Positions 32,868-43,727 of a stretch of DNA of 64,000 bases are shown here, in pieces (within the stretch, counting starts at the first letter, position 1; every line of letters begins with the position of its first letter). The notes beneath the pieces are model-generated. The model made no database searches. It was given only the letters and a program-made list of their open reading frames with translations, and had not been told where the DNA came from. The translations under genes and the position numbers were made by a program. Origin of the DNA: an uncultured Gemmatimonadales bacterium (GTDB taxonomy: Bacteria; Gemmatimonadota; Gemmatimonadetes; Gemmatimonadales; Gemmatimonadaceae); contig CAWBZV010000014.1 in assembly GCA_963793305.1 (NCBI GenBank), positions 174,932 to 238,931 of the forward strand, in the 5' to 3' direction.

Positions 32868-34019
32868 GCGCGCGCGAGCAAGTCTCGATTATCCTCCAGT
32901 ACCGTCAGTGCGGCGTCGACGTCGTCGAGCGTGTTGTAGACGTGGAAGCCGAAGCGAATACCATCTTTGCGTGACGAGACCGCCACGCCGCGCGCGGTCA
33001 GCTTCGCGACTGCGGCCTGGGCGTCACGCGCACGCACCACGACCAAGGGGCCGACGCTCGACACCGGTGTCTTCGTGGCGACGCCGAGGTCGCGGAGTCC
33101 GCTCAGGAACGCGCGGGCCAGCTTCTCGACCTGCGCCGCGACGTTATCCAATCCCACCCGAGCTAAGAGCTCCAACGCCGGCCGGACGAGATAGACGCTG
33201 GGCATGGGCGGCGACCCGCCCTCATAGCGCCGGGCATCGGGCGCGGGGTCCAAGATGCGGGTCTCGAACGCGAACGCATTGCGCTGCGCGAGCCAGCTGG
33301 TCATGGTCGGGTTCATCGCCTCGATCAGTCCGCGCCGGATATACAGGAAGGCGATGCCCGGGGGCCCAAGGAGATACTTGAGGGTGCCGGTGACGAAGAA
33401 GTCGACGCCGAGCGCTTTGACATTCGATCGGGCGCGTCCCGCAGTCCTGATAGCCATCGAGGAAGAGCAGCGCGCCGTTGTCGTGGGCAATGCGCGTGAT
33501 CGCGGGGATGTCCGATCGCGAGCCGTTGACGAACGAGACCGCGGTCAACGGCACGATCTTCGTGCGCTTGTCGACTGCCTTGGTGTATGCCTCGGTCGGG
33601 ACCTGATTGTCGGTGCCGTCGAGGAACCGGATCTTCGCTCCCCGTGGCTGCTGCGCCAGCCAGATCTGGCCCATTGTCGGAAACTCGAACTCGCTCATGA
33701 CGACGGTATCGCGCCCATCGTGGCCATTGAACGCGAGCGCATTGGCGATGGGGTTGATCGCCGCCGACACGCTGGTCGTGATGGCGACCTCGTCGGGCTC
33801 GGCGTTGATCAACTTGGCAAACTGGCGGCGGAGCCCCTCGTAGCACTCCATCCACGTGTCCCACGGGGTGACGGACGTCCGCCAACTCTCTATGTAGGCC
33901 CGCATCCCGGCCTCGCTCGCATCGGAGATCGCGCCCTGCGAGCAGTTGTAGAGATAGGTTTTTTCGCTGAGGATCGGGAAGTGTGATCGCAGTTCGGCGA
34001 CCTGGTCGTCAGTGAGCAT
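32864..34019 (-). CDS. PLP-dependent class V enzyme (kynureninase/cysteine desulfurase-like; frameshift near 33425)
   Basis: YLYNCSQG, EFPT, DGYQ, GTLKYLLGPPG. Confidence 0.85.
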
Positions 34020-34062
34020 GCCCAAATCTGGCGTACGGACGACCACGGTTCTAGTATGCACC

Positions 34063-34800
34063 ATGGACCGGAAACACTTTTATGCGACGATGAACGGGGA
34101 GGGAACGCTCGATTACGAGCGGTATCTCAATACGAAAGCGCTCCTCTCGTGCCAAAAGGATTTCGCGGACTTTTGCAACGGCGACGAGCTCCAGTTCCAG
34201 ATCGTGCACCAGGTGGAGGAACTGTGGATGAAGCTCATCGGGTACACGTTGCTGGATATCGACGACTATTTGCAGCAGGAGAACACCAACCGCGTCGTCA
34301 CGCTGTTCGGCCGGACGCACACGGCGCTCCGCCTCATGATTAGCCAGCTGGCGCTCCTCGAGACCATGTCGCCCCGCGAATATCAGGAGATTCGCCTCCG
34401 ATTGGGCAACGGCAGCGGGCAGGAGTCGCCGGGCTATCGGACGCTGCTCAAGATGCCCGCGCACATCTGGCAGTCGTTTCAAACGTATTATCTCGACAAT
34501 CACGGTCTGACCGTCGAGAAGATCTACAATACCGAGTATGCCCACGGCAATGCCTATGTCGTGGCCGAGGCGATGGCGGAATTCGACGAGCTATTTCAAC
34601 GATTCCGGTATTGCCACGTGCAGCTCATCCAGCGCACGATCGGGCTCGGCTCCAAGTCCCTCAAGGGTCGCCCGGTCGACCGGCTCATCGAAGGGGCACA
34701 CGCCACGTTCTTCCCCGAGCTGTGGGACATCAGGAGCCAGATGACGGACGGGTGGGGCAGTCAGTACGGCGTGGTGCGCGACTCCCTTTCCGCACACTAG
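34063..34800 (+). CDS. Tryptophan 2,3-dioxygenase family protein
   Basis: YERYL, DELQFQIVHQVEELWMK, GSGQESPG, FFPELW. Confidence 0.88.
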   Translation: MDRKHFYATMNGEGTLDYERYLNTKALLSCQKDFADFCNGDELQFQIVHQVEELWMKLIGYTLLDIDDYLQQENTNRVVTLFGRTHTALRLMISQLALLETMSPREYQEIRLRLGNGSGQESPGYRTLLKMPAHIWQSFQTYYLDNHGLTVEKIYNTEYAHGNAYVVAEAMAEFDELFQRFRYCHVQLIQRTIGLGSKSLKGRPVDRLIEGAHATFFPELWDIRSQMTDGWGSQYGVVRDSLSAH

Positions 34801-34814
34801 CGCCGCCCCTGCTC

Positions 34815-36032
34815 ATGTGCCGTGCGTGGGTAGACGGCGCGGCGCCCGGCGCGACGACGGATTCGAGCGGGCACTATCGGATCAACGCGGTTCCCGCGGG
34901 ATCGCACCACCTGATCGTCCGCCACCCGGCGCTCGATTCTCGCGCGCTCGCGATCCGATCGGTCACGTTCGACTTACCGCCGAATGGTACGGTCTCCGTT
35001 GCACTGGCGACGCCGTCGGTCGCGACTATGCTCAGGCTGTTCTGCTCGGATGTCACTCCGGCCGCGCTCATCTTCGGTCGCGTCTCTCGTGTCGACAGCG
35101 ACGATCCGGTGTCGGGCGCCACGGTCACCGCCGCTTGGGTGGAGTCCCGTCCGGTGGGTCGTACGGCGAGCACCGACTCGACTGGGCGGTACCACGTGTG
35201 TGTCGCGCCGGACCACGCGATCATGTTGCGAGCACGACTGGAGACCGACGCCATGAGCTATGTGCCGTCGCCAGCCACGGACACCGTATTGTTCGCCGAC
35301 GTGCGGCTGCCAGCGCCAGGTGAGCGCACGGGGGCCACGCTCTCGGGGCAAGTCGTGAACGAGGTCGGAGGAACGGTCAGTGGAGCGTCGATCACAGTCC
35401 TCGAGACGCCCGGCGCAAACGCCACGACCGGTTCCGACGGACGGTTCCGTCTCGCGGATCTGCCCCCGGGTTCCCGCGTGCTGATCGTGCGTACCGTGGG
35501 CCTCGATGCGAGCATCCTGCCCGTTGACCTTTCGGCTCGAGCGCCACGCACCGTGAACGTGTCGATGCGTCGCCCTCCGCCAACGTTGGCGACGGTCAAT
35601 GTCACCGCCGAGCGGGCCGAGCTGGACGAGGCGTACCGGCGGCTCGGTTTCACTGAGCGACAGCGCATCGGCATCGGGCGGTTCATCACCGAAGATCAGA
35701 TCCGGAACCACGGCGCGCTCACGACCGGCGATGTGCTGACGCAAATCCAGGGCATTAAGGTGGGCGACAATGGCGACCATGGTGTCGACGCCGAGGCCAT
35801 CGATGGCAGGGCCTCGCAGTTCGACCCCACTACCAACGCCTGCACGTTGTACGTTCTCGACGGCCAGTTCGTGGGTCAGGACGATTACGCGCGACGGCTC
35901 CCCCCACCGGCGCAGGTGATCGGCATCGAGATTTACAGGGCAGGCGAGCCGGCGCCGGTCGCGCCGCCGGCCGGCACCTCGGGGTGCGCCATGGTCATCG
36001 TCTGGACGCGGGCCATGCTCTCTCAAAAGTGA
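34815..36032 (+). CDS. Carboxypeptidase-regulatory-like repeats plus TonB-plug-like domain; apparently 5' truncated
   Basis: Three TDSxGxY/F repeats; GRFITEDQI, YVLDG, GIEIY, GCAMVIVWT; no signal peptide. Confidence 0.7.
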   Translation: MCRAWVDGAAPGATTDSSGHYRINAVPAGSHHLIVRHPALDSRALAIRSVTFDLPPNGTVSVALATPSVATMLRLFCSDVTPAALIFGRVSRVDSDDPVSGATVTAAWVESRPVGRTASTDSTGRYHVCVAPDHAIMLRARLETDAMSYVPSPATDTVLFADVRLPAPGERTGATLSGQVVNEVGGTVSGASITVLETPGANATTGSDGRFRLADLPPGSRVLIVRTVGLDASILPVDLSARAPRTVNVSMRRPPPTLATVNVTAERAELDEAYRRLGFTERQRIGIGRFITEDQIRNHGALTTGDVLTQIQGIKVGDNGDHGVDAEAIDGRASQFDPTTNACTLYVLDGQFVGQDDYARRLPPPAQVIGIEIYRAGEPAPVAPPAGTSGCAMVIVWTRAMLSQK

Positions 36033-36036
36033 GTGT

Positions 36037-36944
36037 GCGGGTACTCCGAAGCCGCGCCCGGGCGAATCGCCCGTCGCGTCATACAAAGTCGTCATGCCCG
36101 GGTATTTCGGCGTCATGGGCATCCGATTGCTCGCGGGCCGCGACGTTGCACCGAGCGACCGGGCTGGCGCGCCTGGTGTCGTGGTCGTGAATGAGTATCT
36201 CGCGAAACAGTACTGGCCTCAGGAGAGCGCGATCGGAAAGCGGTTGACGTTGAACAGCGATTCGACGGGCCAGCCCATCTGGCTCACCGTCGTCGGCGTC
36301 GTCCACAATACGATTCACGACCAGTGGGCGGCGCCGCCCGAAGAGGAAGTCTTCGTGCCGTTCGCGCAGCAACCCGACTACCTCGGCAACCCGAAATCGC
36401 AGTTCGCCTACCTGTCGTTCGTCGTCCGCGTGGCGGCGGGGGCGGGGGACCTGATCCCGAGTATCCGCGCCACGATTCGGTCGCTCGATCCCGCCGTCGC
36501 GGTCGCGGAGGTACAGACCATGACACGCATCGTCGAGTCCGCGACCGCGCGCCAGCGCTTCTACCTCCTGTTGCTCGGTGCGTTCGCGGCGATCGCGCTC
36601 GTCCTCGCCGCCGTGGGATCTATGGTGTCATGAGCTACGCCGTCTCGAGCCGCACGCACGAGATCGGCCTGCGGATGGCGCTCGGCGCCCAGCCGAACCA
36701 ACTCCTCTCGCGGGTGATCGGCGACGGGATGATCGCGGTCGCGATCGGCGCAGTCGCCGGGATGCTCGGCGCGCTAGCGCTCTCACAGGTGATCGCGACC
36801 ATGCTCTACGGCGTGCGCCCGACCGACCTCCCGACGTTCGTGAGCGTCGCGATCGGGCTCGGTCTCGTCGCGCTCGCCGGCTGCTACATTCCCGCCCGTC
36901 GCGCGGCCACGGTCGACCCGCTCGTCGCGCTGCGGACGGACTAG
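36037..36944 (+). pseudogene. C-terminal fragment of an ADOP/MacB-FtsX ABC permease (frameshift near 36617)
   Basis: PGYFGVMGI, GIYGVMSYAVSSRTHEIGLRMALGA, PARRAATVDP; only ~300 codons of a family usually ~800 aa long. Confidence 0.75.
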
Positions 36945-37921
36945 AGATTGAAGAGTCGCGCCGCGTTCAGCCCCAAAATCTTCGCGCGGTCTGCCTCCGG
37001 GATCGGCAGCCCGCGCAGCGATTCCAGCATCGACGGAATGCTTCCGATCTGGTGGGGGTAGTCACTGCCGGCCAGAATGTGATCGACGCCCGCGAATGCG
37101 ATCGCCAGCTGCAGCGCGTCGCGGTCGAAGTTCACCGTGTCGTAGTAAAATCGTTTTAGATAGTCGCTCGGCGGTCGATTGATGTTCACGCGGCACTCGC
37201 GAAACGCATGATATCCGCGGTCCAGTCGCTCGGCCAGATAGGGAATCGCCCCGCCGAGATGACCCAACACCCAGCGAATCCGCGGAAATCGCTCGGGGAC
37301 GCCGGCGAACACCAGGTGTGCCGCCGCGAGCGTCGTGTCCATCAAGAATCCGACGAGTGGCATCAACCAATAATCGGTCATCGCCTCCACGCCCACTGGA
37401 TCGGTCGGGTCGATGTGCAGCACCACTCCGAGCGCATCCGCCGCTTCATACAGCGGCCAGAACCTCGCGTCCGCGAGGGCCACTCCATTGACGTTGCTGA
37501 AGAGCATCGCGCCGTGCAACCCCAGCTGGCCGCACGCGCGCTCGAGCTCGCGCACCGACGCTGCGGGATCATTCAGCGGCAAGGTCGCATAGGCCGCAAA
37601 TCGACCCTTCTTGTCGCTCACCACGCGCGCGAACGCATCGTTCACGAGGCTGGCCAGCCGCGCCGCCGTCGCCGTCGATTCCACGTGCGTGCCCGGCGTC
37701 GTCAGCGACATCACTTGCGTGTCCACGCCGAGCTGCTTCAGCACGCCTTCGCGATAATCGATATCGCGATGCCCGCGCACCGCGATGTTGTAATCGCCGG
37801 GATAGTGGAGCCACGGATTCCCGTCGGCGTCGATGGTCACCTTCACGTTGCTCGGTCCGGTTTGCAACGCGTTGATGTAGGCCGGCGGATAGTAGTGGTT
37901 GTGAACGTCGATGATGCTCAC
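36941..37921 (-). CDS. Amidohydrolase family 2 (ACMSD/decarboxylase-like)
   Basis: IDVHNH, HLGGAIPY, YYDT, GSDYPH. Confidence 0.88.
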   Translation of the reverse strand: MSIIDVHNHYYPPAYINALQTGPSNVKVTIDADGNPWLHYPGDYNIAVRGHRDIDYREGVLKQLGVDTQVMSLTTPGTHVESTATAARLASLVNDAFARVVSDKKGRFAAYATLPLNDPAASVRELERACGQLGLHGAMLFSNVNGVALADARFWPLYEAADALGVVLHIDPTDPVGVEAMTDYWLMPLVGFLMDTTLAAAHLVFAGVPERFPRIRWVLGHLGGAIPYLAERLDRGYHAFRECRVNINRPPSDYLKRFYYDTVNFDRDALQLAIAFAGVDHILAGSDYPHQIGSIPSMLESLRGLPIPEADRAKILGLNAARLFNL

Positions 37922-39235
37922 GTGCGAGTCCTTTTATAGAATGGCCAGCCGGCAACCACGAAGAGCAAACCGACCGCGCTCTCGCGCGGCGCGGCCACGA
38001 TCTGATTGCACACAATCACCGTGCAGGCAGCGACAAACAGCGCTGGAACGACTGGATAGCCCCAGACTTTATAAGCGGGCGCATAACTTGGACGCCGTCG
38101 CAGCCGAAAAATGCCAATCACCATCAGCGCGAAGAATATCCACTCGGTGAACACCACGCGCGTAAACAATGCCCGATACGTTCCCGTTGCGACGAGCACG
38201 CTCGACCACATGGCCTGTGCCACGATTGCGACGTAGGGGGTGCGAAATCGCGAATGGATCGCGCCGAACCACTTGAATGCCAGTCCGTCTTCCGCCATCG
38301 CGAAGTACACGCGCGGCCCGCTCAGTATGACGCCGTTCACCGCGCTCGCGCCCGAGAGAATCACCAGCGCCGAGACAATGCCACCACCCCACGTTCCCGC
38401 GAGCGCATTCGCGGCATTGGCCGCTACGCGCTGCGACGTAATCATTTGTTGGAGGGGCAGCACGCGAAGGTAGGCGGCATTCAAGCCGAGATAGCAGGCC
38501 GTCACGACGAGTGTGCCGATGAGCAGCGCGCGGGGGATCGTGCGGTCGGCGGCGCGGGTCTCGCCGGCCGTGTACGTCACCATGTGCCATTCCGCCGAAC
38601 GCGAACAGGCCCGCGATCATGGCGAGTAGAAACGCTCGGGGCCCGGGCAAGGGTTCGTGTGTCGCGGTCACTGGCGCAATATGAGCGCGGCCAGCGATCA
38701 CGAACACAAACACGAAGATCAGCGCCAGTGCCAGCACCTTGGCTGACGTGAGCGCCGTCTGCACCGCGCTGCCTTGTCTCACGCCAAAGTAGTTCACGCC
38801 CGACAGCACGAGGATGACTCCGATGGCGACGGCCTGCACTCCTCGGTCGCCGAGCGGTACGAAATAGCCCACATACCGCGCGACGATCACGGCGATCGCC
38901 GCGATAATTCCGGAGTGCATAATCCAGAACATCGCCCAGCCCCACAAGAAGCCCGCCAGCGGCGAGATGCCTTCGCGCAGGAACACATAGACGCCGCCCG
39001 TCTTCGGAAACGCCGACGCAAGCTCCGCGCACGCCATCGCGCCGCACAACGTCAACAGGCCCGCGAACAGCCACACCGCCATCATGGCGGGGACGTTGGG
39101 CACGAGCCGGCTGATTTCCGACGGCTGAACGAAAATCGATGTGCCGAGAATGATGCCCGCGACAATCGCCGACGTGGCCAACACTCCCATGGTTCGCTTC
39201 AGGCCGGCGTCGGGGGCTTTCTCGGATTCTGCCAC
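37918..39235 (-). CDS. APC family amino acid permease (frameshift near 38590)
   Basis: GIILGTSIF, ELASAFPKTGGVY, GPRVYFAMAEDG. Confidence 0.88.
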
Positions 39236-39293
39236 GCTCAAAGCTGCTATCGGCCGTCTTGTGCTGCAACTTGTATACGAACAGTATACAGCC

Positions 39294-41844
39294 ATGATAT
39301 CACTCGGCCGTTTGCTGCGCGCCCTGTATCCGCTCATCGCGATCCCCACGCTCCTGGTGGGACAAGCGCCGACGACCCTCAGCGTCGCTGATCGTCGGCG
39401 CATCGATGCGGTGTTCAAGGACTACGACAAGCCGCACGTCCCGGGATGTGCTTTAGGCGTTCTCCGCAACGGCCACATTGCCTACGGTCGCGGGTACGGC
39501 TGGGCCGATCTCGAGCACAACGTGCCGATCACGACGGCGAGTCTGTTCGATATCGGCTCGACGTCCAAGCAGTTCGCCGCCGCCAGCATCGCGCTACTGG
39601 CCGAGGACCACAAGCTCGCGTTCACCGACGATGTGCGGAAGTACGTCCCGGAGCTGCCCGATTACGGCACGACGATCACCATCGACAATCTCATGCGGCA
39701 CACGAGCGGGTTGCGCGACTACAACGGCCTCCTCGTGCTCGCCGGTCACTCCTTCGAGGAAGTGACGACGGATTCGCAGGCGCTCGCGCTCATCGTGCGT
39801 CAGCGCCAGCTCAATTTTCCGCCCGGCTCGCGCTACGAATATTCGAACACCGGCTTTTTCCTGCTCTCGGTCATTGTGCACCGCGTGAGCGGCCAGACGC
39901 TGGCCGATTTCGCGCGCGAGCGAATATTTCTACCTCTCGGCATGACGTATACCCTGTATCGGAATCATGCCTCGATGCTGATTCCCAATGGGGCGATGGG
40001 CTATGCGCCGACCGACAGTGGGTTCAAGAACAGCATGTCCAACTGGGAGCAGACCGGCGACGGCGCCGTGCAACTGTCCATCGACGATGCGCTCCGGTGG
40101 GACGAGAACTTCTACCACCCCAAGGTTGGCGGCCAATGGATGGTGGATCAGCTGCAAGCGCGCGGCACGCTGGCGAATGGCGACTCGATCAATTACGCTC
40201 GCGGTCTCTTCGTCCATCCGTATCGGGGATTGCGGCGGATCGAGCATGGCGGTGACTGGATCGGGTATCACGCCGCGTACGCACGATTCCCCGACCAGCA
40301 CACGTCGATCGTGGTCCTCTGCAATTCCGACGGCATCTCGCCGGATGGCTTGAGCGACCAGGTCGCCGACATCGTACTGGCAAAGGACTTTCCCGCGAAG
40401 GCCCTGGCGGCGACAGCGGCCAGTCACGCCAAGCCGAGCACAATGCCGGCCGTCGCGACGAGCCGGTTGGTGGGGAGCTACTTCGACAGCACGACCGACG
40501 AGGTGTATGGCGTCGTCGACACGGGCGGCGGAACACCGGCTCTCAAATTCGCCGGCCGGACATTTCCGTTGCGGGCGACAGGTCTGTCGACATTCGCGGT
40601 TCCTGGACTACCGGTGTCCGTCACGTTCAGCGTGGGTGATACTGGGCCGGCCCGGTCACTCCGTCTCGAGGTCGCATCGGAGGATCGTCCGGAAGCCACG
40701 CGTTTCACTCCGGCCACGCCAGCTCCGGACTCACTACGTGCCTACGCCGGACGCTACGATAGTCCCGAGCTCGGCGTCTCGTGGTCGGTTGCCGTCGACA
40801 AAGACCATCTCGTGCTGGCCGGTCCGATACCGGTTGTCGAGATTGCCGGCTCACTCGAGCCCGCGATGGCGGATGGATTCACCGCGCCGGGTGCTTTTAT
40901 TCGATTCACGGGCGATGGCTTCGAGCTCAGCGCGAGCCGCATGAAGGGCATTCGGTTCGACCGGGGCCCGGCGCCGTCTGGGTTGTCGCGACAGCCCGCC
41001 GACGCTCCCGCCGCGTGGAAGTCGTTGATCGGTGACTACGGAGCGCCGACCGATTCCAACCCGGTGACCGTCTTCGAGCGCGCTGGCCAGTTGCTCGAGG
41101 CCAAGAAGGGCGAGGCGCCGAGTGGCCTGACGCCGGACTCCGCTCGCCAGATCTCGCTCCCTCGCCGCGATTATGTGTCAGCGACCGGCAACTTCTACGT
41201 CCATCCGGTTCGACCCGTTGACGAGCTGAGACGGGAGGCGCTGCGGGCCAAGCCTCCCGCGGAAGCGGGACCGTTTCGGACGCCGGACCTGGTGGACATC
41301 ACCACGCTCGATCCGGCGATCCATTCTCGACATCCGGTACGCGTCGACGACCAATTTCCTGCGAACGCCAGTCTACACCGAGGCCCGGGCTTTTCTCCAA
41401 CGACCCGCGGCCGACGCGTTGATCCGCATCCTCAATAAGCTCAAACCGCTCGGCTACGGCCTCTTGATCCACGATGCGTATCGCCCCTGGTTCGTGACGA
41501 AGATCTTCTGGGATGCCACGCCGCCGGAAGGAAAGATCTTCGTCGCGGATCCCTCGCAGGGCTCGCGCCACAACCGGGGATGCGCCGTCGACCTGACGCT
41601 CTACGATCTCGCGACGGGCCAGCCTATCGTGATGCCCGGGACCTACGACGAAATGTCGCAGCGATCGTTCGCGGCGTATCTTGGGGGTACATCGCTCGAA
41701 CGTTGGCATCGCGATCTGCTGCGCGCGGCCATGGAATCGGAGGGATTCAGCGTGTACGACCCCGAGTGGTGGCACTTCGATTACAAGGATTGGAAGCAGT
41801 ATCCCATACTCAATACTCCGTTCGAGAAGCTGGAGCAACGATGA
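39294..41844 (+). CDS. Serine hydrolase (beta-lactamase family) fused to M15/VanX D-Ala-D-Ala dipeptidase (frameshift near 41325)
   Basis: GSTSKQF, YSN, HGG; then LDIRYA..NF, DAYRPW, SRHNRGCAVD, EWWHFD. Confidence 0.85.
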
Positions 41845-43529
41845 CCGTCACACGTCTTCTGTCTATCGCGGCGGTTGGGTCGCTCGCCGCTTGCGCTGGA
41901 CACCAGAGCGGCGCCGCCGGCGGCGCACCCGCTCCGGCCGCGACCGGCATCTCGGCCACTGATCTCCACCGTTGGCTCTTCGCTTTCTCCGACGACTCGA
42001 TGTTGGGGCGCGGCTCGGGCACCGAGGGCAACGTCAAAGGGACGCGCTACATCGCGGCCGAAGTCGCCCGTCTCGGTCTCAAGCCTGCTGGCGAGAATGG
42101 CACTTATTTCGTGAACGTGCCGCTTAAGATGCGGCGCCTGGACAGCGCCAGCTCTCTCGCGGTCGGCGGTACGCCGCTCACGCTCATGACCGACTACGTG
42201 GCCGTCGCGTCGTTCCCCGGGTTCCCGCGGATGGGTACGACGCTGGATGCGCAGCATGGCCTGGCCGTGATCAACGGCGGCCGGATCGCCGACACCAGCG
42301 TGACGCTCTCGCCGTCGCAGATCGCCGGCAAGATCGTGGTCGTCGATCTCCCGTTGACCGGCGATGGGCGGCCCGACCCGCGCTTCTGGACCCATGGGGG
42401 ACTGGACCGGTATCAAGGCGCCGCCGCTATCGCGGTCGTCGCGATGAGCACACTGCCGCCGCAAGCCTTGAGGTTCTTTGCTAGCGAACGGTTGCGGTTG
42501 GCTGATCCCGCGACGGAGCAGGGCATGCCGACAGGTGGTCCGGCGGGCCTGCTCATCACGCGGGCAACGGCCGACAAGATGATGGCTGCCGGCGCGACGG
42601 TCGTGGGTAAGATCCAATTCATCGATCGCCCATCCGCGTTTCCCGCGCGCGACGTCGTCGCGATCCTCCCAGGCAGCGATCCATCGCTCGCCGGTGAGTA
42701 CGTCGCGCTCGGCGGCCACAACGATCACCTGGGCGTCGACCACGGCGCCGCGGTCGATCTCGACTCGCTCCACGCGTTCAACACGGCTGTCTGGCAGCTG
42801 CGCGGACTCTCGCCGGACGGCCCGCGGCCCACGCCGGAGCAGCTCGCCACGATCCACGTCAACGTGGACTCCCTCCGCCGTCTACATCCGGTGCGCCGCG
42901 ATTCGGTGTACAAGGGCGCGGATGACGATGGTTCGGGCTCGGTCTCGGTGCTGGCGATCGCACAGGCGTTCGCGCGATCGCATACCCGCCCGAAGCGCTC
43001 GATCCTCTTCGTCTGGCACACGGGCGAAGAGTTGGGCCTGTTCGGCTCGGAGTATTTCACGGATCACCCGACCGTACCGCGCGACTCGATCGTCGCGCAG
43101 CTGAACATGGACATGGTGGGTCGCGGCGATGCGGGGGACATCAAAGGCGGCGGGCCGACGTACGTGGAGCTGGTCGGCTCGCGCCGGCTGTCGACGGAGT
43201 TGGGTGACATCGTCGAGGCCGTGAACAAGACGGAGCCACTCCCGCTCACGTTCGACTATACGTTCGACGCCAACGGACACCCCGAGAACATCTACTGCCG
43301 GAGCGATCACTACGAGTATGCGCGCTACGGCATCCCGATCGTGTTCTTCACGACGGGGTTGCACCAGGACTACCACCAGCTGAGTGACGAGCCGCAGTAC
43401 ATCGACTACGAGCACATGGCGCGGGTGGACCACTTGGTGTACGACATCGCGGTCCGCGTGGCCGACCTCGATCACCGCGTCGTCGTCGACAAGCCGAAGC
43501 CGGACCCGCACGGGCGCTGCCAGCAGTAG
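41841..43529 (+). CDS. M28 family metallopeptidase lipoprotein
   Basis: LAAC lipobox, GHNDHLG, GADDDGSG, GEELGL, NMDMVG, RSDH, YHQLSD. Confidence 0.92.
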   Translation: MTVTRLLSIAAVGSLAACAGHQSGAAGGAPAPAATGISATDLHRWLFAFSDDSMLGRGSGTEGNVKGTRYIAAEVARLGLKPAGENGTYFVNVPLKMRRLDSASSLAVGGTPLTLMTDYVAVASFPGFPRMGTTLDAQHGLAVINGGRIADTSVTLSPSQIAGKIVVVDLPLTGDGRPDPRFWTHGGLDRYQGAAAIAVVAMSTLPPQALRFFASERLRLADPATEQGMPTGGPAGLLITRATADKMMAAGATVVGKIQFIDRPSAFPARDVVAILPGSDPSLAGEYVALGGHNDHLGVDHGAAVDLDSLHAFNTAVWQLRGLSPDGPRPTPEQLATIHVNVDSLRRLHPVRRDSVYKGADDDGSGSVSVLAIAQAFARSHTRPKRSILFVWHTGEELGLFGSEYFTDHPTVPRDSIVAQLNMDMVGRGDAGDIKGGGPTYVELVGSRRLSTELGDIVEAVNKTEPLPLTFDYTFDANGHPENIYCRSDHYEYARYGIPIVFFTTGLHQDYHQLSDEPQYIDYEHMARVDHLVYDIAVRVADLDHRVVVDKPKPDPHGRCQQ

Positions 43530-43727
43530 CTCCAACAGAGCCTTCGGGGACCGGTGCCGACTCGTTGGGCTGATAGACCTCGACGGCGATGAGCGCATTG
43601 CCGGTCGCTCCGGCCGACCGTGAAAAGGTGGCCCATACGAACGCCGAGCGCTTGCTACGCCTCTCAACGTGACGACGCACTGAAGGCGAGTTGCTACGGC
43701 ATTGCGAATGCCATACGTTCTCGCTCC

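Noticed and set aside
41325..41844. vanX vancomycin-resistance locus
   Set aside because: No vanH/vanA/vanRS nearby; the domain is fused to a secreted hydrolase.
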